From: a virus
Virus record (IMG/VR): IMGVR_UViG_3300045988_121141
Coordinates: 1 to 64,000 of that record
Direction: 5' to 3' (one strand)
Length of the DNA: 64,000 nucleotides
Part shown: positions 9,683 through 19,397 of the stretch, piece by piece
How the letters are laid out: every line of letters starts with the position of its first letter
Position numbering within the stretch: the first letter of the stretch is position 1
Notes under the pieces: generated by a model
What the model saw: the letters and a program-made list of their open reading frames with translations, nothing else
What the model was told of the DNA's origin: nothing
Databases searched by the model: none
Position numbers and translations under genes: made by a program

Positions 9683-10285
9683 ATGAGACTAACAGTAGAA
9701 GAAAACGAATACCTGATAAGTAAGTTCCTTTTGGTTCTTACTGAGTTTGCAGGGGATGAAAGAGAGATGTTTTTAATCAACTCCATACATGATAAGGCGG
9801 TGGCGGATATGAATTATCGTCTTCCGTCTTTAATAAGCAGAGAACGTAAAAGACGAGTCATTGAGCTCCTTAAAGAAGGAACCAGAATAATCAAGGACTT
9901 TTCCGGCTATGCAGGTGATATGGGTATGATTAACGAATACGATCGTCTAAAGAAAGAAATAGGTACCGTCCAAGACCAGCTTGGTGACGTAGAAGGTCAA
10001 CTTCGGGCAGCAGGAGAAGTTATTAAAAAAGAACTTGATATGATTGCTGACCGAATCAAAGAAGATCTTCTTGACCGAGAGCTGGCTAAAAGTAATGCCG
10101 AGGCTGAAAGAAAAGCCAAAGTAGATCCGAGATACGAAGTAGCTTTAGGTGATTACAAGGAGATGCTGGAAGTGATTTTTACAACCAGAAACAAGTATTC
10201 TACGGTAGATTCTGTACATGACGATCTTCGACAGTCGGTATCTACCGGTAGAAATTCGATTATTAAAGAAGGGTACAACAGTTAA
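9683..10285 (+). CDS. hypothetical protein (200 aa), coiled-coil
   Basis: ORF; charged heptad-like region. Confidence 0.5.
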   Translation: MRLTVEENEYLISKFLLVLTEFAGDEREMFLINSIHDKAVADMNYRLPSLISRERKRRVIELLKEGTRIIKDFSGYAGDMGMINEYDRLKKEIGTVQDQLGDVEGQLRAAGEVIKKELDMIADRIKEDLLDRELAKSNAEAERKAKVDPRYEVALGDYKEMLEVIFTTRNKYSTVDSVHDDLRQSVSTGRNSIIKEGYNS

Positions 10286-10300
10286 AAACAAGGAGGGAAT

Positions 10301-10507
10301 ATGGAAAAGAAGGAATTTAAAGTAGGAGAAGTATTTACTGCCGGACTTGTGAGATTAAAATGTGTGGAACCTACGGCACCAGATGCAGGATGTGAAGGAT
10401 GTATATTTAATTACTTTACATGCGGGGCAGTGGATGTGATTGCAGGTCCGTGTAATCACGCAGAGAGAGAGGATAATAGGGATGTTATTTTTATTAAAGC
10501 TGATTAG
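10301..10507 (+). CDS. small Cys-rich protein (68 aa)
   Basis: 5 Cys in 68 aa (CVEP..CEGC..C..C). Confidence 0.35.
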   Translation: MEKKEFKVGEVFTAGLVRLKCVEPTAPDAGCEGCIFNYFTCGAVDVIAGPCNHAEREDNRDVIFIKAD

Positions 10508-10509
10508 GC

Positions 10510-11223
10510 ATGTACATCAATTTCAGACAACTTGCAGCATCAGACATGACTCCTAATGATCTTGCCAATCTTCTTGCCATAAGACAGAAGGATACGGTTA
10601 TGATCGAAGCCATGCCAGAAGAAGATGCTGGGAGATATATAGAGCTTGGCTTGGTTGAGAAATTAAAATCAGGCGTGATGAGATTAACCAACAAAGGAAC
10701 GTCTTTTGTAAATTATATAGAGACACCGGAAATGACAGACGAGGTTCTGGAAACGTTGAAGATTATGATAGGAATGTACGAATCATATTCAAAAGACATA
10801 GGTGTCAGCAGAAAAGAAGCAGAATCCAGATTGTGTTGGTTTATGGGTAACACCTCATTCAAGAAAGAGGTCATACTTCAGGTAACGGAATCTTATATAG
10901 CAGAGTCAGGAGATTATACAATGAGCTTATGTAACTTCATATGGAAACCGCCTTCTCAGGCTTTTTCAGTCCATATGAACCTTAAAAATTCAAAGCTCTT
11001 TGACTTAATAGCTGAAAAATTTAAGATCGCTACCGAGCCTTATTTGGAGTCTAAGAAGAATAAGGAAATGGATTGGTTGTTTGCCGTATCTAAATTGCCT
11101 ACGCCGCCGGCTAAAGGCAATCCGGATTATTTATTTACCGGAAGTTCTGAAACAGACAAAGAGAGATTGAAAAACATAAAAACATACTTATTTAACAAAA
11201 TTAGAAAGCAATGGAAAAAGTAA
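10510..11223 (+). CDS. hypothetical protein (237 aa)
   Basis: ORF. Confidence 0.5.
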   Translation: MYINFRQLAASDMTPNDLANLLAIRQKDTVMIEAMPEEDAGRYIELGLVEKLKSGVMRLTNKGTSFVNYIETPEMTDEVLETLKIMIGMYESYSKDIGVSRKEAESRLCWFMGNTSFKKEVILQVTESYIAESGDYTMSLCNFIWKPPSQAFSVHMNLKNSKLFDLIAEKFKIATEPYLESKKNKEMDWLFAVSKLPTPPAKGNPDYLFTGSSETDKERLKNIKTYLFNKIRKQWKK

Positions 11224-11462
11224 GAATCAGAAAGATAATAGAGGATATAATTATTACTCAGTTTCTTAATTCGGAAATAGATATAGTTCATGAAGAAGAT
11301 GTGACGTTTAAAGAACTTGGATTAGATTCTGTTGATCGAATTGAGCTTGATGTGATGGTGGAACAAAAATTCAATATTGTTATTATTGATTATGATGTGG
11401 AAACCATCAAAGATATGACTGATCTTGTTTACAAAATAATAACAGAAGGGTATGGGAAGTGA
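11211..11462 (+). CDS. acyl-carrier-protein-like protein (83 aa)
   Basis: Aligns by eye to ACP helix I/II: IRKIIEDII...FKELGLDSVDRIELDVMVEQKF (ACP: VKKIIGEQL...[22 protein letters not shown]) with the conserved DS(L/V)D Ser. Confidence 0.55.
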   Translation: MEKVRIRKIIEDIIITQFLNSEIDIVHEEDVTFKELGLDSVDRIELDVMVEQKFNIVIIDYDVETIKDMTDLVYKIITEGYGK

Positions 11463-11946
11463 CATAATTTTATGCATGGCTTTAATAGCGTCATTTGCTT
11501 TTGTTATACAGTTTTTGTTGTCGATATTAGGATCCGATCTGGATACGGATATTGACATTGACAGTGCTTCTGATTTAAGCATGTCTTTGTCGGACATCAT
11601 ATCATTCAAGGGCATAACACATTTCATCCTTGGATATAGCTGGACTACCTACTTTTCGGGTTCTCATTTAGTAGGGGTTGTGATAGGGTCGTTTTTCTTT
11701 ATCGTTTTGTTTTACGTATATAAATTACTTCTTAAGTTAAAACAAGAAATGGTGTACGAATGTCCGGAAGATTTAAATGGCAGAGAGGTGGAGATAGTGT
11801 TTAGATCGGGGAAGAATCATTATATGGTAAATATTTCGAAAAATGGAAGACAAGAGCAAATGAGAGTAAGATGCTTGTCTGGAAAAACCTACAAAAACGG
11901 TGACAAGGTGAATATAAAATATGAAGAAGGAGAATTAAGTATCTAA
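11452..11946 (+). CDS. NfeD-like membrane protein (YuaF-like short NfeD)
   Basis: Two TM helices followed by a small C-terminal beta domain; immediately upstream of an SPFH/flotillin gene as in yuaF-floT operons. Confidence 0.5.
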   Translation: MGSDIILCMALIASFAFVIQFLLSILGSDLDTDIDIDSASDLSMSLSDIISFKGITHFILGYSWTTYFSGSHLVGVVIGSFFFIVLFYVYKLLLKLKQEMVYECPEDLNGREVEIVFRSGKNHYMVNISKNGRQEQMRVRCLSGKTYKNGDKVNIKYEEGELSI

Positions 11947-11977
11947 TTTTTTTATCAACAATTAAATTTTAAAAGTT

Positions 11978-13678
11978 ATGACAACAATCATGTACGTGTC
12001 AGCTATCTTAGCTGTAGTGATTATTTTGACAATCATCGGAGTCTTATCAAGGTATCGTAGATGTAAGCCTAATCAGGTCTTGGTCGTTTACGGTAAGACA
12101 GGTGGGGAAAAGAAATCGGCGAAATTATATCATGGTGGAGCGGCATTTGTCTTGCCTATTATTCAAAGCTATGATGTTTTGTCAATGGAGCCTATGCAAA
12201 TAGATTGCAAGCTTACCGGTGCTTTGTCATCTCAGAATATTAGAGTAGATGTACCTACGACCATTACAGTAGCTATCAGTACAAATCCCGAAATCATGCA
12301 AAATGCGGCAGAAAGACTTTTGGGGATGGATACCGAATCTACTGAAAATCTTATTACGGACATCGTTTACGGTCAGATGCGTTTGATTATTGCTGAAATG
12401 ACAATCGAAAAACTTAATTCTGACAGGGATGAGTTTTTGGATAAGGCAAGAAAGAACATTGATAACGAGCTTAACAAGTTAGGTCTTTACCTCCTGAACA
12501 TCAACATCAGTGACATCAGAGATGAAGCCGGTTATATTATGAACCTTGGTAAGGAAGCTGAAAGTAGGGCTCTGAACGAGGCACAGGCTAATATCGAAGA
12601 ACAGGAGAAGCTGGGTGCTATTAAAATTGCTGTACAGCAGAAGGAAAAAGAAACGGCTGTGGCTAATACCAAAAAAGAACAAGAGATTCAAATTGCTTGT
12701 ACTGAAAAAGAAAAGGAGACAATAGTAGCTGAAACGAAGAAAGAAAAAGAAATAGCTTTAGCTTTAACCGATAAAGAGAAACAGATCGGTGTAGCTCAAG
12801 CAGATAGAGACAGGGCTGCGGTTATCGCAAAAACTTTAACCGACAAGGAATCGGCGATCGTAAGATCTAAGGCAGAACTTGAAGTAAATAAAGCCGAGGC
12901 TGAAAGAATGGAAGAAGTCGGAAAGAATAAGGCTGAAGCTGACAAGGAAGCAGCTATAGCAATACAAGACTCTGAAGCTCAGATTAAGAAGGCTGAGGCT
13001 GAGAAAAATGCGTCTATAGGATACAACAATGCCCAGAAGGAGGTTGCTGTGTCAGTATCAGAACTACAGATCATCAAAGCTCAATCAGAGAAGAAGGCCG
13101 GAGAAGAAAAAGTTAAATCGGAAGCGGCTGTAAAAACAGCAAAAGAGCTTGCCGAAAAAGAAGTGGAAGAAGCTAAGGCTAAGAAAGTTCAGGCTGCGCT
13201 TAAGGCTGAAAAGATTGTGCCGGCTGAAACCCAGAAGGAAGAGGCTATCTTGCAAGCTGATGCCGAGGCCGAGAAGATCAAACGCCGGGCTGAGGCTGAG
13301 GCAGCAGCACATTTGGCAAAAGCTGAGGCGGAGGCAAAAGCTATTCAGATGAAGCTGGAGGCAGAAGCCGAAGGTAAGAAAAAGTCGTTAATGGCAGAAG
13401 CCGACGGATTTAAGGCCATGGTGGAAGCAGCAGAATCCAATCCTCAGATCGCCATCCAGTACAAGATGGTTAATCAGTGGAAAGAAATTGCCGGAGAACA
13501 GGTTAAGGCATTTGAGCACATTAACCTCGGAAATATCACAGTATTTGACGGCGGTCAGAACAGTACCGGTAATTTCCTTAACAATGTTGTCAAGACCGTC
13601 GCTCCGGCATTGGGAGTCATTGATCAGCTTCCGATTGCAGATACTTTAAAGAAGTTAAAAGGAGATGACAAAAAATAA
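11978..13678 (+). CDS. flotillin-like SPFH/band-7 protein with long Glu/Ala/Lys-rich coiled coil (566 aa)
   Basis: N-terminal TM anchor, SPFH-like region (QVLVVYGKTGG...), long AEAEAKA / EKE-repeat coiled coil typical of FloT/flotillins. Confidence 0.75.
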   Translation: MTTIMYVSAILAVVIILTIIGVLSRYRRCKPNQVLVVYGKTGGEKKSAKLYHGGAAFVLPIIQSYDVLSMEPMQIDCKLTGALSSQNIRVDVPTTITVAISTNPEIMQNAAERLLGMDTESTENLITDIVYGQMRLIIAEMTIEKLNSDRDEFLDKARKNIDNELNKLGLYLLNINISDIRDEAGYIMNLGKEAESRALNEAQANIEEQEKLGAIKIAVQQKEKETAVANTKKEQEIQIACTEKEKETIVAETKKEKEIALALTDKEKQIGVAQADRDRAAVIAKTLTDKESAIVRSKAELEVNKAEAERMEEVGKNKAEADKEAAIAIQDSEAQIKKAEAEKNASIGYNNAQKEVAVSVSELQIIKAQSEKKAGEEKVKSEAAVKTAKELAEKEVEEAKAKKVQAALKAEKIVPAETQKEEAILQADAEAEKIKRRAEAEAAAHLAKAEAEAKAIQMKLEAEAEGKKKSLMAEADGFKAMVEAAESNPQIAIQYKMVNQWKEIAGEQVKAFEHINLGNITVFDGGQNSTGNFLNNVVKTVAPALGVIDQLPIADTLKKLKGDDKK

Positions 13679-13685
13679 ATACAAT

Positions 13686-13707
13686 GGCCCAAGGTTACAC
13701 TTGGGCC
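13686..13707 (+). terminator. hairpin after flotillin gene (ggcccaag-gttaca-cttgggcc), no clear U-tract
   Basis: 8-bp perfect stem 8 nt after stop codon. Confidence 0.3.
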
Positions 13708-13841
13708 TAATTGAAGAAATAAAAGCAGCATTCATAGATTTCCTGCCGGCAGGGACAGTGATTTTAAGTGCTTTACTAATTACGATATTTTTAACATGGA
13801 TTTTGGACAAGATTTAGAACCAGAAGAACTGACCAAGCATT

Positions 13842-14201
13842 ATGATCAGTGTTATGGAATTGATTTTGAAACAGAAGAAGAGGAGGATGAAGATTATGAC
13901 TGATGAGGAATTTGTATTGGATAATAAGAAAAAGGTTGTTGTAAGAAAAAGAATATCTTATTTAAACAAAGGGGATAAAGTATGGATCGTGTCTTCCGAC
14001 GGGTATCTACTACACACAGACGTAGTTAGAGCCGAACGCGGTCGATCTTATGTGGATATAGATGGGATTCTGTATTGGAAGCGAGGATTAGATGGCAAGC
14101 ATCGTAATCGTAATAACTACATGCAGTTTGCCATGACACCAGAAGACGGTAAGAAGTATGTCGTATATTACCCGGAAGGATTTAAAGACAATGACTTATG
14201 A
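13842..14201 (+). CDS. hypothetical protein (probable true start near 13897, MTDEEF, behind GAGGAGGA RBS)
   Basis: ORF; RBS-like GAGGAGGA before internal ATG. Confidence 0.45.
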   Translation: MISVMELILKQKKRRMKIMTDEEFVLDNKKKVVVRKRISYLNKGDKVWIVSSDGYLLHTDVVRAERGRSYVDIDGILYWKRGLDGKHRNRNNYMQFAMTPEDGKKYVVYYPEGFKDNDL

Positions 14202-15217
14202 TGGTCCCGGAAACGCATTTGCTATATAAGGAGTTTAATGGTGTGAAACGTCTTGCCATATCTTATTCCCAGATAGACACGTTTCTTACCTGTCCAATGA
14301 AATGGTATAAGACTTACGTAGAGGGCAAAAGGTCTACAGAAAAACAAGAAGCTACGTCTTATGGTACGGTTATCCATAAGACACTGGAATACTTTTTTAA
14401 GAACGGAAGGCAGCCTTCTGGCAAAGACCTTGGAGAAGCAATAAGTTACTATGCTTACCAAGAAGACATACCTTGGCAATCACCGGAAAATATGATGATA
14501 GCCATGAAACAATCTGGGGAGCTTCTTGCTTGGATTGTGGATCTGTTTAAAAAAGACGGCAATAGGTTTATGATAGCTGATAGTGATCTTAATCCTTGTG
14601 AGAAACTTATCAGACACGGCGCTATAGTTGGAGTCGAAGAAGATTTTGTGCTGCCGTACCGCCTTCCTAAGCCAGTTGACATAAATGGGGTAATTCATAC
14701 CCATGTGTACATAGTAGGATCAGTAGACCTTCATCTGGCTATAAAGAGCAAGAACGTAATTCACCATTATGTCATAGATTGGAAATCAGGGAATAAGGTT
14801 TTTGATTCTAAGAAGTTGGAAACGAATTTACAGCATCCTATATATTCGTTTTACATCTATAGAAAATATGGTGGGGTTCTACCAGATATGAACATCTATT
14901 TCTTTACCAGAACCAGGCAGTACCAAAAGGTTAAGGTGGATGAAGAACGTAAAACAAAATCTATAGAGATGCTAAATGACACTTTATCTAAAATGTATGA
15001 TTTTGAAGATAATAGTGTAAAAACATTTCAGGCATACATCCAGGGGGCAGAAGGAGCCAGATATAGCAAGCGGCGTGCCACCCTAAGCCAGCCTGTTCCG
15101 CAAAACAAGCTACCCTGCCCGTCGGCACTGTGTTATTATTGTGACTTTGGATTACATAACAAAAACGAATGCCCTTTCTCTTCGGATTGGGATCCGTCTA
15201 AAAAGATAAAACGATGA
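14198..15217 (+). CDS. PD-(D/E)xK nuclease of the RecB/Cas4 family with C-terminal Cys4 cluster
   Basis: N-terminal SYSQIDTFLTCPMKWY motif, VDLH...IDWKSG catalytic motifs, C-terminal CPSALCYYC..C Fe-S-type cluster. Confidence 0.65.
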   Translation: MMVPETHLLYKEFNGVKRLAISYSQIDTFLTCPMKWYKTYVEGKRSTEKQEATSYGTVIHKTLEYFFKNGRQPSGKDLGEAISYYAYQEDIPWQSPENMMIAMKQSGELLAWIVDLFKKDGNRFMIADSDLNPCEKLIRHGAIVGVEEDFVLPYRLPKPVDINGVIHTHVYIVGSVDLHLAIKSKNVIHHYVIDWKSGNKVFDSKKLETNLQHPIYSFYIYRKYGGVLPDMNIYFFTRTRQYQKVKVDEERKTKSIEMLNDTLSKMYDFEDNSVKTFQAYIQGAEGARYSKRRATLSQPVPQNKLPCPSALCYYCDFGLHNKNECPFSSDWDPSKKIKR

Positions 15218-15387
15218 AATACGAGGACGTTCAAAAGTTAAGAACAAAATACCGGCAAGATCCGGAAGTCATATATCTTGAAGAGATGAGGAACGTGGCG
15301 GTACGGTGCGGAAATTTTAAAAAGGCGTTTGAGTTCCAGGAGAAACTTGAGGCTATTTGGTTTAACTACTTAAAGGGAGTGCAATGA
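15214..15387 (+). CDS. small protein (57 aa) filling operon gap
   Basis: ATGA overlap with upstream stop and ATGA-type overlap with downstream start; below ORF-track threshold. Confidence 0.35.
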   Translation: MKYEDVQKLRTKYRQDPEVIYLEEMRNVAVRCGNFKKAFEFQEKLEAIWFNYLKGVQ

Positions 15388-15707
15388 AAGAAGATCTAAT
15401 ATGTGGAGTAGCGATCCTTTTGTATTTAGTTTTATTATACTTGCTCACGACAATTTTCATAAAAACAGGTGAAGCAGTAGGTCGTTACAAGATGAAGAAG
15501 AAAACTGACAAAATCAAAGTAGGCCAAAGATACGAACATAAGAACTACTTTGAGGATCCATTTGAAAGAGGCAAGCATGTGATTAAGATATTAGACATAA
15601 AAGAAGGGTACGCTCTGTATGTGTATGAAGAAAAACTATATATACGTTCTTCTATAAGTCTTGAAGATATTGTTAAAAAATATATTTTAATTACTGATAT
15701 AAAATAA
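15384..15707 (+). CDS. small membrane-anchored protein (107 aa)
   Basis: N-terminal hydrophobic helix ICGVAILLYLVLLYLLTTIFI. Confidence 0.45.
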   Translation: MKEDLICGVAILLYLVLLYLLTTIFIKTGEAVGRYKMKKKTDKIKVGQRYEHKNYFEDPFERGKHVIKILDIKEGYALYVYEEKLYIRSSISLEDIVKKYILITDIK

Positions 15708-15713
15708 GGGGTT

Positions 15714-16100
15714 ATGGAAAAGAAAGTCACAATCAAAGAAGGGATGGATATTTTTTACAAAAATGCAGGGAAAGATATATGGGTCTATATTGGACTTTTT
15801 GGAAATAAAGTGCTATCCATTTTAAAAAACAAAGGTGTTATTGCATGCGAAAACGATGCTGAATATTGCGTGTTGATGGATGGAGAAGATCATTTTATAA
15901 GTATAGCAAAAGACATGAGTCACGACTATTGTTGTGAATACGTTGTAGAAAGAGCAGAAGCCTACAGAGACTACCCCTCCAAAGGTGCTACATGCAGTGT
16001 ATGCCTGTTTGAAGATAATGAGAATAAGGCAAGGGAGATGTTGAAAGAGGCGATAATAGAACTTTCAAAAAACAGCAAAATAGATTGCGATGGGCTTTGA
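15714..16100 (+). CDS. hypothetical protein (128 aa)
   Basis: ORF with RBS-like GGGG upstream. Confidence 0.45.
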   Translation: MEKKVTIKEGMDIFYKNAGKDIWVYIGLFGNKVLSILKNKGVIACENDAEYCVLMDGEDHFISIAKDMSHDYCCEYVVERAEAYRDYPSKGATCSVCLFEDNENKAREMLKEAIIELSKNSKIDCDGL

Positions 16101-17511
16101 ACTTAGACCTTACCAGAAAGAGGCAGTAGATGCCGGGCTTAAGTTTCTTACAGGAAGATCTAAGAAGCCTGGCATAATCGTAGCCCCATGCGGATGTGGA
16201 AAGAGCCTTCTGATATCCAAGATAGCACATGAAATAAATAGACCGACATTAGTATTACAGCCCTCAAAAGAGATTCTGGAGCAGAATTATGCGAAGGCCG
16301 TATCATTCGGTTCTGAACCTACTATATATTCTGCTTCATGTGGTATAAAGGAGCTGTCGGCTATGACTTATGCAACATTAAAGAGCATAAAGAAAGATGT
16401 AGCGAGGTTGAAGGATATAGGGATAGATACCTTATTGATAGACGAATGTCATTCAGGATATTCTCCTGAAGAAGGTTCTGAATTTATGGAGTTTATGAAC
16501 AGGTTCCCAGAGGCGAAGGTACTGGGCTTCACCGCCACTCCCTGCCGCCTCCGAACCTACAGTTCCATGCTGGAAGGGAACTATAGCAAGCTCAATATGC
16601 TGACGAAAGACGAGCATAACTTCTTCAAGAAAATAGTTCATGTGACTCAAATACAAGAACTAACTTCTCAAGGGTTTTGGTGTCCACTTAAGTACGAACG
16701 ATGGTCGTTTGATGAATCGGCTCTGATGTTAAACAGTACCGGAGCCGAATACACCAACGAATCTATTAAAGAAAGTATTGTACGAAACGGCTTAAACAAC
16801 TCTATCTACAAGCGCCTTCTTCAACTTATGAACGAGCGTAAAGCCATTTTGGTTTGCATGGATTCTATCGAATCATGTAATAGAATATCAGAGTTCATGA
16901 ATGCCAGGATGGGAGCCATAACCGGTGTCGTAACATCGCTAACAACCAAAAAGAAAAGAGAGCAAATCATATCCGATTTCAAAGAAGGTAAGTTGAAGGT
17001 GGTTTTTAATTATTCAACGCTTGCTACCGGATTTGATTTTCCTGAACTTGATTGTGTGATGTTTGGTCGACCAACTTTCTCATATTCAACTTATTACCAA
17101 ATATTAGGCCGCGCCGTCCGCATCCATCCTGACAAGAAAGAGGCGCTGATAGTTGATTGCTGCGACAACATGAGACGCTTTGGTCGGATAGAAGACCTGA
17201 CAATCGAGCAATTCCCTTCTAAGGGCTGGTGTATGTTTGCTGGCGATCAACTTCTGTCTAATATAAGGATGGGTGATATTATTACCAAAGACGAGATCCT
17301 TCGCCGGGCAGCCTCGCTTAAATCTGTGAATGGAGATGGTAGGAGAGAAGACGATCTTGACAGTATAATAATGTGGTTTGGAAAATATGAAGGAATTAGA
17401 TTCAAGGACATACCAGTGTCGTATTTTAGGTTCTTGGCTGAGAATATGGCAGTAAAACCAGGAGACAGGAAAGAAAAGATTATCGAATATTATAATAAGA
17501 TAAAGGCATGA
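16090..17511 (+). CDS. superfamily-2 DNA/RNA helicase (DExH box)
   Basis: Walker A APCGCGKSLL, DECH box, FTATP motif III, C-terminal helicase domain motifs (ILGRAVR). Confidence 0.7.
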   Translation: MGFELRPYQKEAVDAGLKFLTGRSKKPGIIVAPCGCGKSLLISKIAHEINRPTLVLQPSKEILEQNYAKAVSFGSEPTIYSASCGIKELSAMTYATLKSIKKDVARLKDIGIDTLLIDECHSGYSPEEGSEFMEFMNRFPEAKVLGFTATPCRLRTYSSMLEGNYSKLNMLTKDEHNFFKKIVHVTQIQELTSQGFWCPLKYERWSFDESALMLNSTGAEYTNESIKESIVRNGLNNSIYKRLLQLMNERKAILVCMDSIESCNRISEFMNARMGAITGVVTSLTTKKKREQIISDFKEGKLKVVFNYSTLATGFDFPELDCVMFGRPTFSYSTYYQILGRAVRIHPDKKEALIVDCCDNMRRFGRIEDLTIEQFPSKGWCMFAGDQLLSNIRMGDIITKDEILRRAASLKSVNGDGRREDDLDSIIMWFGKYEGIRFKDIPVSYFRFLAENMAVKPGDRKEKIIEYYNKIKA

Positions 17512-17864
17512 ACAACAAGAGAAGAAAAAAAATATCGGATGTTATTAACAACGTAAATAAGTATAAAACAGATTTTGAATACATCAAATCAAAGTTGTCG
17601 GAGTTGAAGCACAACATAAATTCAGCCAAAGATGATGTTGATATGATTTTAGATGAAGAGACTGAGGCGAGAGATAATATACCGGAATCGTTACAAGACT
17701 CAGAAAGATATTGGGAATCAGATCAGGCTGTAACTGATATGGAGGAGGTGGTTGATGACATGGAAAGTATTATAAATGATATAGATGATGTGATTTCAAC
17801 CATAGATGGGAGCATTAAAACCATAAATGGTTCTATTAAAGTAAATTTGGAAGGAGTAATATAA
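17508..17864 (+). CDS. very acidic protein (118 aa)
   Basis: Asp/Glu-rich C-terminal half (DDVDMILDEETEARD..DMEEVVDDMESIINDIDDV). Confidence 0.45.
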   Translation: MNNKRRKKISDVINNVNKYKTDFEYIKSKLSELKHNINSAKDDVDMILDEETEARDNIPESLQDSERYWESDQAVTDMEEVVDDMESIINDIDDVISTIDGSIKTINGSIKVNLEGVI

Positions 17865-18170
17865 ATGAAAACAAATGAATTAAGGGAAATACTTAAATTG
17901 TATGGTCTTCAACATGATGTTGTTATCAACAAAAGTTCAAGAAGGTATTCTATTATCTTAGATAATAACATAATAGGAACCAATCACGACAAAGAGAGGG
18001 TGGTTGTGTTCCGTCCTATACCGGAAGGGAAAAACACATTCTGCATGGAGCGAGATAGGTTCTACACGGAGTTTGAAGAAGCTTTTGATGATGATAAAGC
18101 CATAGAAGCCGTAAGACAATATTTTGAAAACAATAAAACAGAAAGTCATGAACGAAAACGAAATATTTAG
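17865..18170 (+). CDS. hypothetical protein (101 aa)
   Basis: ORF. Confidence 0.4.
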   Translation: MKTNELREILKLYGLQHDVVINKSSRRYSIILDNNIIGTNHDKERVVVFRPIPEGKNTFCMERDRFYTEFEEAFDDDKAIEAVRQYFENNKTESHERKRNI

Positions 18171-18489
18171 ATTAAAGGGCAGAATAGCCATATCCAACCT
18201 ATCACGTGAGGACAAGGATATGATAAATAGCATCCTTGATGGTATCAATAAAAAGGATGAAGAAGAAAAAGGATATCTCTATACCGTGAGAGTAAAACTA
18301 AACAACGGAAGGGTTGTGCATGCTACTTTATTTTTTAAAGACAAGAAAGGCCCTACATTTGAAGATTTAAAGAAGGAGCTTGATGACATGGGAGTTAAAA
18401 ATGATAGTTATAGCAATAACGGCATAATTATCATTAACCGCATTGTCATGAGCGGAGAAGAATTTGACCGCTTTGCAAAAGAAAAATGA
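18124..18489 (+). CDS. hypothetical protein (121 aa)
   Basis: ORF. Confidence 0.4.
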   Translation: MKTIKQKVMNENEIFRLKGRIAISNLSREDKDMINSILDGINKKDEEEKGYLYTVRVKLNNGRVVHATLFFKDKKGPTFEDLKKELDDMGVKNDSYSNNGIIIINRIVMSGEEFDRFAKEK

Positions 18490-18533
18490 TGGACTATATT
18501 ATTATATCAAATAATTAAAACAACGATAAAACA

Positions 18534-19091
18534 ATGGAAAAGATGGACAATAATACTAAAAACATCCTTTATCCAAAAGGATCTATTTTTCGCATGTTGG
18601 AAAGTGATGTAATCAGTTCCGAATTAGAAATAGCCAGAGGAGCTATAGTGGAGGCAGTATCAGACATAGAGGTAGATGATGAATATGCTGAGGTTTGTTG
18701 CAATGGAGAGACGTTTATCGTAGGAACGGACATTATGGGTATTATTCCTGTCAAAGTATCCAGAGAAAACAAATCGGTGAAAAATGACATCATTGACGAT
18801 AAACTACGATGGGATTTACTTCCAATGGAAGAGATTGAGGACATTGTAAAAGTCTATCATGCTGGTGCAAAGAAGTACGGACCCAATAAATGGCAGAACC
18901 TTGACAACGGGTTTGAACGGTATCGTGCTGCGGCTGCCAGACACCTAATGGAATACATGAAAGGGGAAAGAATAGACTCAGATACAGGATGTTTTCATCT
19001 TGCACAATGTGCATGGAACTGTATAGCTATGCTGTGGTATGACAAGCATGGAAAAGGGTTGATACCATTAAACAAGGAGGAAAAGAAATGA
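18534..19091 (+). CDS. dATP/dGTP pyrophosphohydrolase-like (MazG-like phage nucleotide pyrophosphohydrolase) domain protein
   Basis: RWDLLPMEEIEDIVKVYHAGAKKYGPNKWQNL...RHLMEY...GERIDSDTGCFHLAQCAWN matches the phage dGTP/dATP diphosphohydrolase domain pattern. Confidence 0.5.
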   Translation: MEKMDNNTKNILYPKGSIFRMLESDVISSELEIARGAIVEAVSDIEVDDEYAEVCCNGETFIVGTDIMGIIPVKVSRENKSVKNDIIDDKLRWDLLPMEEIEDIVKVYHAGAKKYGPNKWQNLDNGFERYRAAAARHLMEYMKGERIDSDTGCFHLAQCAWNCIAMLWYDKHGKGLIPLNKEEKK

Positions 19092-19396
19092 CAAAAGAAC
19101 AAATGATTCAACTGTTAGACACAGAGCTTGATGCAATGAACAAACATAGAAATAATATTGAAAGAATTAAAAAGGAATATTTCGATTCTGTTTATGGATT
19201 CAAGAAGGGAGATAAGGTAAGCGTTCTTTACAAACGTTCGAAAGAACCTCTTGTTGGTTTCTTCAAGAGCGTTCAAATCATGAGTACTGGAACAGTTATA
19301 TTTACAATCCAGGAAGTTAATAAAGAAGGAAGACCTGGAAGAGGATCTTATTTGGTGTATGAAGGCGATTTAAGCGAAATCAAAAAAGTAGAATAA
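19088..19396 (+). CDS. hypothetical protein (102 aa)
   Basis: Coupled ORF. Confidence 0.4.
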   Translation: MTKEQMIQLLDTELDAMNKHRNNIERIKKEYFDSVYGFKKGDKVSVLYKRSKEPLVGFFKSVQIMSTGTVIFTIQEVNKEGRPGRGSYLVYEGDLSEIKKVE

Positions 19397-19397
19397 C

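Noticed and set aside
9529-9723. 64-aa Arg-rich ORF bridging helicase and next gene
   Set aside because: Overlaps the helicase C-terminus in another frame; composition driven by the Pro/Gln codons of the helicase tail.
13149-13352. Arg/Lys-rich 67-aa ORF (plus) and 13085..13312 (minus) inside flotillin coiled-coil region
   Set aside because: Artefacts of the GAAGC/GCTGAGGC repeat coding the EAEAKA coiled coil; alternate frames of a repetitive region.
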